Positions 27,399-40,735 of a DNA stretch of 64,000 nt are shown here, piece after piece (the stretch's first letter is position 1; every line of letters begins with the position of its first letter). A program made the position numbers and the translations under genes. The DNA comes from the human T2T-CHM13v2.0 reference genome, Homo sapiens. The notes beneath the pieces are model-generated. The model saw only the letters and a list, made by a program, of their open reading frames with translations. It was not told where the DNA came from and did no database searches. Location of the stretch: positions 38,912,001-38,976,000 of the forward strand of contig CP068257.2 in the NCBI GenBank assembly GCA_009914755.4. The letters are read 5' to 3'.

Positions 27399-28887
27399 TC
27401 AAAATTGCCACCAAGTGTCTCAATCCTTGCAATTGTCCCTTAGGACAGACCCTTCTTTCCATTCAACAAGGTATTCCGAACAAACACATTACGTCTTTGT
27501 GGATATTTCTCTAGAGTAGTAGTAGCTATTAAAAGAAAAACTTTAGACAAATTTAACAGAGTTTAATTGAGCAAAGAATGATTTGAGAATTGGGCAGCCT
27601 CCAGAACCATAATATGTTCAGAGTAACTGAGGGACTGTCACATGGTTGGGATAACATTTATGGACAGAAAAAGGAAAGTGAGGTAGACAAAAGGGACGAG
27701 AGGCACAGAAACAGCAGCGCTGCTTACAGGCTTATTTGAGCTCAGTTTGAATAGTTGGATGCAAGTGATTGGCTGAAACTGGGATGCTGTGATTGGCTGA
27801 GACTCAGCTACTTGTTACAGTGTAGATTACAGTCCCTTTACACGTCCAGTTAGATGACAGTTCACTATGTACAGAGAAACCTTTAGGTCAAACTTAAAAA
27901 ATGTAGTGTTAATGAAAAAAGCCAAACTGAAATATTTAAAGAGGTTTATTCTGAGCCAAATACCAATGACCATGGCCTGAGGCATAGTCTCAAGAAGTCC
28001 TGAGTACATGAGCTGCAGGTGGTTGGGTTACAGCTTGGTTTTACACGTCTTAGGGAAACATAAGACATCAATCAATACATGCGAGGTATACATTGGTTCA
28101 GTCCAGAAAGGCAGGACATCTTGAAGTGGGTGGGGGTGTTGCTTACAGGTTATAGGTGGATTCAAAGAGTTTCTGATTGACAATTGGTTGGAATTGTCAA
28201 TTATTCCAACCAATTATTATCTAAAGACCTGGAATCAGTAGAAAGAAACTGTCTGGATTAAGATAAGGGGTTGTGGAGACTGAGGTTCTTATTATGTAGA
28301 TGAAGTCTCATAGGTGGCTGCCCTTAGAGACAATAGATAGCAAATGTTTCCCCTTCAGACTTTTAAAAGGTGCTAGACTCTCTGTTAATCTCTTCAGGAT
28401 TGGGAGGGCCTGGAAGATGAAAGATCTAGTTATGTTAATAGGGATTCCTTACAGGTGCAAAATTTCCCCCACAAAAGACAGCTTTGCAGAACCATTTCCA
28501 AAATATGGCAAGGAAAGATATTTTGGGGTAAAATATTTTGATTTCCTTCTTTATCTGTCATGTGATATTATACTAAAGTTAGGTTGGAATTTGGTATCTT
28601 ATTGCTATGAAGAATCTTTCTGTCCATCTTAGGATCTCTATTTTAATGTTAATGCTGCTCAGTCGTGTCTAAACTCCAAAAGGCAGAGTGTATAATGAGA
28701 CATGTCTGATGGCCTCTCTTCCTGTCATGGCCTGAACTACCTTTTCAGGTTTCCTTGGGTCCCTTTGGCCAAGAGGGTGTGTCCATTCAGTCAGCTGGGG
28801 GGCTTAGACTTGTATTTTTTGGTTTACAGTAAGGAGGCAGCTGATGTAAAGAGATAAACTCAGAAAAATTGTAAGAGTTCTATTTCC

Positions 28888-29178
<291 letters not shown>

Positions 29179-30867
29179 AGTTCTCTTCCCTTCCTAGACC
29201 CTTCCAATGAATGAGACAGATTCCTTGGGTTCACAGAGGGAGTTAAGAAGAGCTGCCTTTAGCACACTGCATTTCTCAAATCTGATTCAACTGGAAACTC
29301 AAGTAGTCTAGAAATAGGGGTTTACTGAGGAAGATCTGTATATCTCCCATTGCTGCAGTGTGGGAAACATCTAGAATGTGCCACACTCACTGTCCTGAAA
29401 TCTTCTATGTGTTAGAAATGTTTCTATCTTCTTCACCAATCACCTATTCTATCTCAGCTATTCCACCTGTGTGCTGCTGCCAAAGGTTGGCAGCTTCATC
29501 TACTTTCCATCTGAACCAGATCTGAAACTACATTTAAATCTAACACAGCTGACCAAATCTACATGAAAATTCTTATCTAGATGAATTAGCATATACACAA
29601 TGTTTATGTATTTTCACCTACCTTCATGAACTAATTTCACCATAATTGATGCCACATAAATAGTTTTGAGACTACAATTACATGTTTTACACTTAAAAAG
29701 CTTTCATTTCACCCAATATAATAATGGGCATTATTTTCTATGCTTAAGGACTGAAGTATTACAGCAATTGTAGTAAAAAAGTAAAACATTATACAGCTCA
29801 TGTGGAAACAGCTTTCTAATTTTTTAAGACTAAGATTAGGATGCAAATCCAACCCGGAAATTGAACCATCACTAAGCATCTTTGTTCATCTGATCACTGC
29901 TCAAAACCATCTGCACTGAATTGTAAGATATTAATAACAAACCGTTTAACAATCAGCTAGGATTAAAGGACAAAGCCTCTTAGGGACAGTTTCTATTGGT
30001 GGATTTTAAAAATAAAAGAAGAAACAGCACAAGTCACATTTCTTTCTAGATTGTAGAACTCCACAAAATGTTTTTGTTTATATATTTAAGCAGTGCTTTT
30101 ATGAAAGTACCACTGGACTTACCTTTTATGTCTTGGAAAGGGCATATGTAGTATCTGAGGATCAAGTTCTTCTGAAAATTTCCAGCAACTTTTAGAGATC
30201 AACTCAATGACAGTATGTCATTCAAATCAGCATTTTATATTGAAAGGCCTGTGGTGATAATGTGGAAATCCACCAGGATTCCCCTGATGCAAGGTTTCAG
30301 GAGGTATCAGTTATTTGTGTACAGGACACATCCCAAGGCCCTGCAAGAAGGCCCCTGCATTACAATGTATAATGTAAGAAAATTCAGATGTGTCTAACTC
30401 TTTGCAAACAAATAAGATTTTTACATATATATCATTAACCAAATATACCTTTAATTTTTTAACCAATCCTTCCTCTTCTAGCCAACAACTGTGATATCTA
30501 AATGCTTCTCACTCTTCATTCCCAAGATAACACATCCGTTTGCACCCAAAAGTATATTGCAAACACCTGCCAGCAATTCATGCTTCAATTCTCAAATCCA
30601 TTTCAACCTGTAAATTTTTCTTCTGAATTATTTTTTTTAACATTCTGTGACAGAGTCATAGGATCACTAAAACAAGACTGTTAAAAATAAAAGGTTCATG
30701 AAAGATCACCTAGTTCCATTTTCTCATTTATCATATGACAAAACTGAGGCCCAACAGGTTACGTGACTTATCCTCCTCAGAGCAAAGCCAAGCGGAGGAG
30801 GAAACAAAAAATCCCAGATCTTGAATCAGGGTGCTTGTCATTGTTGTCATTTGTAGAGGTATTGTTT

Positions 30868-31040
30868 AAGACAGGGTCATGCTAGATGTCCAGGCTGGAA
30901 TGCAGTGGCTATTTACAGATGTCATAACGCTTACTACAACCTCAAACTCCTGGGCTTAAACAATCCTCCCGCCTCAGTGTCCTTAGTAGCCAGTAGCTGG
31001 GACTACAGGCATGCATCACCATGCCTGGCTGTTTGTTTTG
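30868..31040 (-). mobile_element. Alu-derived monomer fragment
   Basis: The fragment reads GGTCATGCTAGATGTCCAGGCTGGAATGCAGTGGC ... CTCAGTGTCCTTAGTAGC CAGTAGCTGGGACTACAGGCATGCATCACCATGCCTGGCT. A T19 tract follows at 31047-31066. Confidence 0.55.
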
Positions 31041-32477
31041 ATTGTTAGTTTTTTTTTTTTTTTTTAATGCGACAAATTGTTGGATTAAACGAATTAAAAA
31101 CATTTTAGAACATAACTGCAAACAATAAAATTAGACTGCTTCTGCTAAGTCTTACTTAGGTGCAAGATCCAGGGGAAAGGGCAGCTATCATTCTTACAAA
31201 AATGGAAAGATAGTTTAAATCCTGGAAATACTTGTCTCTGACTAGGAATGTTTTCCCCTGGCCAGTACCATGGGGAAAGTTCTTCTGTGGACCTAGCCTT
31301 TCAGGGACCCCTCAAGTCCTTCACCTTGTGGACAATTTTGGGGAAATGAGCCAATTTCGACAGTCATCTAGTCAACAGTAACAGGAATTCCATTGTGTAC
31401 TGAATATAGTACTGAGTAAAGAATATGAGTAACAAATCTCAGAAAAGTATATATTACAGAGACGGTTATCCACTCACATAGGGGGAGACATACTCTCCTC
31501 CTATGCTGTATTGCACTAAATTATTTTTTAAAATTATAGAGGTAATTCCTATTTTTAGGTATTCTTAGAAGATGACAGAACAAACTATATGTAAAATATA
31601 AAATGGATTTTGGTAACCTTCTGGAGGATACTAAGTGTAATCTCTGCTCCCATAATATTTCATTTTTGTTTTTATGTTTTTGTAACCACTAACATGTTGT
31701 ACTGGAATTTAACACTTGACACATGGTATTGAAATTGTTTATTTTCTTGGTGATTTCCCCCATTACATTGTGAGCCCCTTAAAGACAATGTTTTATTAAT
31801 TTTCCAGTAGGTAGCACCAAGCCCAGTACCTAGTGCACAGAAGGCATTCAGTAAATGGTGGATGAATTAACAAATAAAAGAATGAGTGAGTGAGTGAATG
31901 AAATGATGCATATTTTATATTTCAAAAATCTTTATAGTTTATACACGATTAACTTGAATATTTTAAATTCAATATTCAGGCATTCCTATCCTCACTTTCC
32001 AGAAAGCCTGATGATGTTAAGTAACTAGCTCAGGGTCTCACATCCATTACATGAGAAAGCCAAATCTAGAATCCAGATGGCATTCCATTTGCTTGGGGAA
32101 CACAGGGAAGAAAAAAGCACACGTGATCTTGAGCATTTAAAACACAGCTCTTTAATCAGGCAGATATTTTCCAGATGCCTATAAAAATGTTTTGATAGTA
32201 ACATCCAAAGAAAAATAGTCATTCCTCATTACCAGAACCCAATGATATGTCATTTCCACAGTACTGAGTTTTTGAGGCACTAGTAATTGGCTTCTGAAAC
32301 CTTCTAAATATCAAGATCGAGTAATGATATTTAATGATGCCAAAATAAGAATCAGAATGAAATTTTAAACCCACATTATATTGTATTTAATTATAGAAAA
32401 TGACATATTAACTTCCTCATATAAAACGTTTATTCTAAATGTGAATGCAGAACATTTTGTCAAATTTCAAACCAACG

Positions 32478-32786
32478 TTTTTTGTTGTTGTTTGTTTTTT
32501 AAGACACAGCATCTGATTCTGTCACCCAGGCTGGAGTTCATTAGTGCAATCATAGCTCACTATAACCTCAAATTTCTGCTCCCAAGTGATCATCTTGCCT
32601 TAGCCTTCTGAGTAGCTGGCACTACAGGTGTCCACCACCATGCTTGGCTAATATTTTTTTTAATTTTTTGCAGCGATGGGGTCTTGCTATGTTGTCCTGA
32701 CTGGTCTTGAAGTCTTATCCTTAAGTAATCCCCCTTCCTCGGCCTCCCAAAGTGCTGGGATTACAGGTGTGTGAGCCACCATACAC
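32478..32786 (-). mobile_element. Alu SINE (old, AluJ-like, divergent)
   Basis: A T-rich start is followed by AGACACAGCATCTGATTCTGTCACCCAGGCTGGAGTTCATTAGTGC and the element ends ...GGGATTACAGGTGTGTGAGCCACCATACACAGCTC. Confidence 0.85.
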
Positions 32787-33300
32787 AGCTCAACTGAGGT
32801 AGGGGGATTACTTGAGGACAAGTTGGGTGAGAGAGGTACCTGTTAGAAGATACTGTTAAATGTTCCAGAAAAATTCTGTCAGTAAGAAAAATAGAGTGTA
32901 TAGAAGAAAAAGTGATGTTTAATATTTGCTTAAATTTTCTCTGCACTTTTTCTACCTCCAAACCAAATCACTATATAGAATAATCACCTTTGAGGAAAGA
33001 CACGTCTAATAATGTTTATAATATTCAGAAGATGAGATTCTATGTATTTAGTTTACTCTTGAACAAAGCCACAGTGTCCAGTCCCCACACAGTTAAAAAT
33101 ATATGTATAAATTTTGACTCCCTCAAAACTTAACTACTAATAGTTTGCTATTGACTGGAAGCCTTACTGATAACAAAAACAGGCAATTAACACATATTTT
33201 GTATGTTATCTGTATTAAATACAGTGTTCTTACAATAAAGCAAGCTAGAGAAAAAAACGTTATTAAGAAAATTGTAAGGAAGAGAAAATATACTACTATA

Positions 33301-33720
33301 TGTCTTAGTCTATTTTGTATTGCTATGACAGTATACAGAGGTCTGGGTAATAATTCATAAAGAAAAAAGGTTTATTTGGCTCACAATTCTGATAGCTGGA
33401 AGGTTCAAGATTAGGCATCTGGTGAAAACCCCAGACAGCTTCCACTCATGGTGGAAGGCAAAGGGGAACCAACTGTGTGAAGATCACATGGAGACAGAGG
33501 AAGTCAGAGAGAGAGAGGGGGGAGGTTCCAGACTCTTTTTAAATATCAGCTCTGGAGGGAGCTCACAGAGTGAGAACTCACTCACCCCTGAGGGATGGCA
33601 TTAACCTATTTATGATGGATCCACCCCCATGACACAATACCTCCTACTAGGCCCCACCTCCAACATCAGGGGTCAAATCTCAACATGAGGTTTGAAGGGA
33701 ATAAATATCCATATCATAGC
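33301..33720 (-). mobile_element. MaLR LTR (MST/THE1-like)
   Basis: It starts TGTCTTAGTCTATTTTGTATTGCTATGACAGTATACAGAGGTCTGGGTAATAATTCATAAAGAAAAAAGGTTTATTTGGCTCACAATTCTG, the reverse complement of the MST/THE1 3' terminus. It ends ...CCCACCTCCAACATCAGGGGTCAAATCTCAACATGAGGTTTGAAGGGAATAAATATCCA. Confidence 0.75.
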
Positions 33721-33962
33721 ACTATTCATTAAATGGAGGTGGATCATCACAAAGTTCTTCATCCTCATCATCTTCTCATTGAGTAGGCTGAGGAAGAGGA
33801 GGGGTTGGTCTTGCTGTCTCTGGGGTGGCAGAGGTGGGAGAGGTGGAGAAGGTGGAAGGGGAGGCAGGAGAGGCAGGCACACCCAGTGTAAGTTTTACTG
33901 AAAAATATCCACATATAAGTGGACCTGCACGGTTCAAACCCATGTTGTTGAAGGGTCAACTG
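33721..33962 (+). mobile_element. Tigger-type (Tc1/mariner pogo) DNA transposon 3' terminal fragment with TIR
   Basis: It ends ...AAAAATATCCACATATAAGTGGACCTGCACGGTTCAAACCCATGTTGTTGAAGGGTCAACTG. This is the reverse complement of the Tigger1 terminal inverted repeat CAGTTGACCCTTCAACAACATGGGTTTGAAC..., and it abuts TA. Confidence 0.6.
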
Positions 33963-33979
33963 TATATCAATATTTACTG

Positions 33980-34685
<706 letters not shown>

Positions 34686-35042
34686 CTGATACATATATAC
34701 ACACGCACTGATATCTCACTAGACCATGCCAAGAAAGACCCAACAATGTGGATCAACAGGATTTTGCTACAAATGTTAGCAATACCTGTTTACTGATCCT
34801 ACAGTATCTTATTGTGTAGCTTCACTTAATATATTTGGCGTTGGGCATGTAAAAGGTTTTCAAAAGACCTTGTATATTTGCATAGATAATATACTTCCAT
34901 AACTAGTAGCCAAGGATCATCGGTAAATTAGTTTCCATGTCTTTCATTAGTCTCAGATACTTTCCATCACATATTTCTATCACTGAGAAAAACAGGTTAT
35001 CATTTGATTATCTCTTTATCAGTTGTCATTAAAATGATCTAG

Positions 35043-35303
35043 AGGCCGAGATGGGCAGATTACGAGGTCAGGAGATCGAGACCATCCTGGTCAACACGGT
35101 GAAACCCCGTCTCTACTAAAAAATACAAAAAAAATAGCTGGGCATGGTGGCGGGCACCTGTAGTCCCAGCTACTCAGCAGGCTGAGGCAGGAGAATGGCA
35201 TGAACCTGGGAGGCGGAGCTTGCAGTGAGCCAAGATCGCACTACTGCACTCCAGCCTGGGCGACAGAGCAAGACTCCATCTCAAAAAGAAAAAAAAAAAA
35301 AAT
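35043..35303 (+). mobile_element. Alu SINE, 5'-truncated
   Basis: It starts inside the left arm at GGCCGAGATGGGCAGATTACGAGGTCAGGAGATCGAGACC and has a poly-A tail. Confidence 0.9.
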
Positions 35304-36022
35304 TATCTAAGTTAATTTCACTTATAAAGCACAGACTCCTATCTAGTAAGTCAATCTATAGAATGAGAGAGTGAATTATGTTTTAAATAAACAGAGCAGT
35401 CTGCAAACGGATAATCAAATGATCTGGGATCCCACCAGTCATATCTCATTTAGAGCAAGACAGAAACATTGATAGTTCTCTTCATAGCTTATGCATCAAT
35501 AAAAATATTAGATACACTTTTCTTTTTTACACTTATTTTCAAAGAGATGGTTCACTTTCTCTCTGTATATTGTAAATCCTTCAATGTTATTTTTACCAAG
35601 TTTTTGTCCCTTTTCACAAACCATCCTCGTTATTTTTATCACCACTGGAATTGATTTTAAAAGCTTGATTATTCTTGACAGGGCACAGAGGAATGTCCTT
35701 CACTACGTACGCCAGGATGAAGTGAATTTATAAGCCCACAAGTAGATCTGATAAGCATGCAGAAATCATTTGTATTATGTGCATAAAACAGTGCCCGATT
35801 AAAGGACAGTCACATTTTCTTCTGACAAAATGTCTGTGGCACTCCAGAAAACAGGCTTTATTTTTTAAGGTTTACCTCATAATGAAACAAAGTTTGAAGT
35901 GGAAACTCTTAAAATGCACAGGTAGGAGATGCAATGATACAATCCAATGCAATAAAATAAAATAAAACCATGAATGAGCACATTTGGAAGAATGAATTCT
36001 CCAGTTAAAGATAGTACAAGTA

Positions 36023-36360
<338 letters not shown>

Positions 36361-36576
36361 TTAAGAGAAACAGCCTCTCATATTTGAGCACCTCTCAGGA
36401 TCCACATAGGTATAGAAACAGAGTTCATTAGAAGTTTATGTTGTAGTTCTGGGATCTCATTTACACAAAACACACAAATTTGCAAACATAAATATCAATG
36501 ATTCGGGACCTATAAGTCATATAGAAGTCAGCTTATTGCAACATCTATTGAAATGAAGCAGTTCTAAGATACTTAA

Positions 36577-36934
<358 letters not shown>

Positions 36935-37189
36935 CAATTTTCTGTCTTTTGAACTAAACACTTGTGCTTAAATTCTCACCCACGATTGCTCTTTCTACAC
37001 TAAAATGTGAAGATGTAGGAGCAGAGAGGCAGCATTTGCAGGGAGACCATGCATGTTGTCTCAATACAAGGAAGGCTCTTCTGTTGCTCCAGGAAATTAG
37101 TTGCCCTGGATGTAGGAGTTACCTAGAGAAGCTCAGACAGAGGCTGGAAGATAAGCAGTCAGGTAGGCAGGTGGCTCCAGGGGGACCCC

Positions 37190-37960
37190 CTGTGTGGGGT
37201 GGAAAGCTGGAGGTAAGGATCCGGAAATTCCTGGCCAGCTCTAGATTTCACAACACCACGTTCCCCATGTTCCCGGGGAATATTCACAAGAACCCTGATG
37301 CCGATGTCCACCCCATCCGTACTGAACCAGGTTTGCACATCGGTGTTTTCAGTCTACCCGTTGTTAATACAGCGACTCCTCGACTTACAGTGGGATTATG
37401 TCTGGAGAAACTCATTGTAAGTTGAAAATATCACAAGTCAAAAGGCATTTAATACCTCTAACATACTGAACATCATAGCTTAGCCTAGCCTACTTGAAAT
37501 GTGCTCAGAACACTCACATTAGCCTACAGTTGGGCAAAATCACATCCAAAAAAAGCTGGCAACACAATGCATTGTAGAGTACCGGTTGTTTGCCCCCGTG
37601 ACAGTGTAGCTGACTGGGGATTGCAGCTTGCTGCCTCTGCCCAGCATCAAAAGAGAGTATGGAACCACATATTGCTAGCCCGGGTAAAGATCTAGTTTGA
37701 AATCTGAAGTATGGTTTCTACTGAATGCATATCACTTTCACACCACGGTAAAGCCAAATATTGTCATAGTAAAGTCAAACCATCATTGCTCAAGGACCAT
37801 ATGCTTATGTAAAAATCCCAGAAAACAACTTGAGGGTGTCCACTTTGTTTATGAGGATTACATTAAGTGTCGTATGTTAACAAACATTGACAAATGATGC
37901 TTTGGGGAAAGAAGGAAAACTCTGAAACGGCTAAATTTCACTAATATTACCAATATTAAA
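37190..37960. mobile_element. Tigger-type DNA transposon internal fragment (Tigger1/2-like)
   Basis: Segments such as CATCATAGCTTAGCCTAGCCTACTTGAAATGTGCTCAGAACACTCACATTAGCCTACAGTTGGGCAAAATCAC and AGTATGGTTTCTACTGAATGCATATCACTTTCACACCACGGTAAAG match my recollection of Tigger1-family internal sequence. The boundaries are uncertain. Confidence 0.45.
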
Positions 37961-38959
37961 TAGCATAGTGTATTTGGTAAGAGCATAGGCTTTCGATTGA
38001 TAAGGAGCCAGGCTTCATTTCCACACCTATCTAATGACCTAAACTACAGGTGTGGTAACAGTGATGATGGTAACAGTCTAAAATGGCAACCCAGTAGTTC
38101 AGATTCAATGTGCCTGCACCCAGCACCCCCTGGTGTTAACTTACCCTACAGTCAACAGTTCTTTTCAGGGTACATGAATCCTTTGAAATATAACCTACAA
38201 AATATAGATTCCTGTGTGTATGCTGACTACACGTCGTTCCATTATTTTCTCACCGGCAGAAAGTTCTTAGGAATAATGTAAACTCACTTGTTTTCATTTG
38301 TCTATTTCCCCTAACTTTGTTTTCATGGTGACAGGCCACTGGTTCCTGACCTGCTATTTGAGACAATTTATATGATCATCCTTTAGCTTCTGCTTCATTC
38401 AGTGATACCCCATTTCCTCTATTTTCCTCTGGCTTTTCTTCAAATGGTTTATATTTTAATAAAACGTGGGGTTTGTGAAGGTTTTTGAAAATGAGACGGT
38501 TTTCTTATCTTTCTCTTTCCTTTTTTGTTTCAATCTTAGGTCTGAGCCCAGATCTCCCAACGACATGCTTTCATGAAACAATAATGACGAGACCGAGTGA
38601 ACTAAGCTGTCTTCAGTTTTGGAGATGCAGAGGCAACACTGGCAGTTCCTGACATCACTTAAGGGAAAACAAAGCTAGGGGCAAAAATACTAAGGCAGCC
38701 TAGATTTGGGGGCCCTTTGTATACACTCCAATTTTTAAAATAACATCTGGGCATACTTCTCTTTTAAACTCTTCAATCCACATATTTTTCATTATTAAAA
38801 AGTGACTTCGGTGACATTTTCAAACACTAAACAAACTTAGCCATATGTCCATTTCACTGACTTTCCCCACATCGTGGTCTCTCCTTATAAGGGATGGGTT
38901 CCACTCTTGGGCTCAAATGTTTTGCTTTTCTGTGTCTGCTCAACTAACACACCCCTCCT

Positions 38960-39325
38960 GATATGGTTAGGCTTTGTGTCCCCACCTAAATCTCATCTTG
39001 ATTGTAATCCCCAGGTGTTGAGGGATAGAGCTGGTGGGAGGTGACTGGATCAATGCAGTAGTTTCCCCCATGCGGTTCTCATGATAGTGAGTGAATTCTC
39101 ACGAGATCTGATGGTTTTATAAATGTTAGTTTTTCCCAGACTCTCACATGCTCTCTCACCTTCTCTCTCAGGCCATGTAAGATGTGCCTGCCTCCCCTTC
39201 CGCCATGATTGTTAAGTTTCCTGGGGCCTCCCTAGCCATGTGGAACTGTGAGCTAATTAACCTCTTTTCTTTATAAATTACCCAGTCTCAGGCCGTTCTT
39301 CATAGCAATGTACTTCATAATACAC
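38960..39325 (+). mobile_element. MaLR LTR (THE1/MST-type)
   Basis: It starts TGATATGGTTAGGCTTTGTGTCCCCACCTAAATCTCATCTTGATTGTAATCCCCAGGTGTTGAGGGATAGAGCTGGTGGGAGGTGACTGGATCA and contains ...TCTCACGAGATCTGATGGTTTTATAAATG... It ends ...CATGTGGAACTGTGAGCTAATTAACCTCTTTTCTTTATAAATTACCCAGTCTCAGGCCGTTCTTCATAGCAATG. Confidence 0.8.
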
Positions 39326-40205
39326 CTCCCTAGACACACCACTCACTCAGAGAAAGCTCAGCATCATGTTTACTGTGTAATTTCTCCTCACTAGTCATTT
39401 GCTATTTATTTCTCTCACATCATCATCTCTTCCTGAACTGATTTTTCTACTACCTCTGAAAATAACAGCTCATTAGAAAGTGATCAGAGATTGAGTGAGC
39501 AATTGAATATAATTACACAAAATTATACAGACCTTAAACCAGACGCTCTGCTATGTGTATGAGCCTGGGAAAGCCAAAGCCCTGTATTTCAGTACCCAGT
39601 GCTGCTGGAGGTCACTATTGTGGCCCTAAAAGGGAAAGAGGAAATGATCCCTGGCTGCAATGCTCACAAAAACTACTTGGATCCTGCCCTAGAAAAAGGA
39701 CCAGAGACAGAAAGGGCAGCAATACGTCTGTCGCCTGCACGACATGCACTAAAAGTCAACGGCTAGGAGAGAGAGATGCAAAAACAAAGCATCTTATATT
39801 TTTCTTTTTATTTCAATTTTTATTTTAGATTCAGAGGCTACATGTGCAGAATTTGGCTGATAGAGACAATCGCCCGGATTTGCTGAAGCAGGGTGAGTTA
39901 TCCCTAAGAAAAGCTTACACAGAAGTGGAAGACAGTTTATTATCTAGGAGAGCCACCATCTCAAAATGTCAAAACTGCCAGTGTGTTCTTGCACATTGAA
40001 ACCACTCACAGGTCAACCAACTGTCTTGGTTTGTCCAGGACTCTCTCATTTTTTTTACTGAAAGTCATGCAACTGGTTAACTTCTCTGTCCTTGCTAAAC
40101 AAAGATAGTTTGTCTCCCAGCTTGAAGTCACCTGAGATCAAGAGATCTACTACTAACACATCATACAGAAGCAGCAGAAATACTACCTATATTTTGAAAT
40201 ACAGG

Positions 40206-40287
40206 TAGTATTATCATTGATCTGGTGGAACTCTGAGAACTTCAATCCAGAAATTCTCAGAGTTCCACCAGATCAATGATAATACTA
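40206..40287. repeat. Perfect 34-bp inverted repeat (palindrome) with a 14-bp spacer
   Basis: The left arm TAGTATTATCATTGATCTGGTGGAACTCTGAGAA (40206-40239) is the exact reverse complement of the right arm (40254-40287). The spacer is CTTCAATCCAGAAA. It is flanked by the near-identical direct repeats AATACTACCTATATTTTGAAATA and AATACTATCTATATTTTGAAATA. Confidence 0.9.
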
Positions 40288-40299
40288 TCTATATTTTGA

Positions 40300-40735
40300 A
40301 ATATATATATATATTTGTTTATATATGTATAAAACAAAATAAAAATTTGTAAAACAAAATATATCTATTTGTTTATAGTTATGTTTATATATGTTTATAT
40401 GTTTATATATAGTTATATGTTTATATGTTATATATATGTTTATATATGTTTACATGTTTATATATAGTTATATGTGTATATATAGTTATATGTTTATGTT
40501 TGTTTATATATATGTTTATATGTTTATATATAGTTATATGTGTGTATATATAGTTATGTTTATATATGTTTATATGTTTATATATAGTTATATGTTTATA
40601 TATGTTTGTATGTTTATATATATGTTTATATGTTTATATATAGTTATATGTGTATATATAGTTATATGTTTATATATGTTTATATGTTTATATATGTTTA
40701 TATGTTTATATATAGTTATATGTTTAGAAGCAGAG
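40300..40735. repeat. AT-rich minisatellite with a compound TATATGTTTATA / TATATAGTTATATGT periodicity
   Basis: The motifs GTTTATATATGTTTATATGTTTATATATAGTTATATGT recur with variants across ~430 bp. The YIYVYMFIYSYM ORFs come from this tract. Confidence 0.9.

Noticed and set aside
36964-37425. 153-aa plus-strand ORF with a seemingly reasonable start
   Set aside because: It overlaps a decayed Tigger DNA-transposon fragment and the sequence just upstream of it. It has no conservation logic and no splice signals.
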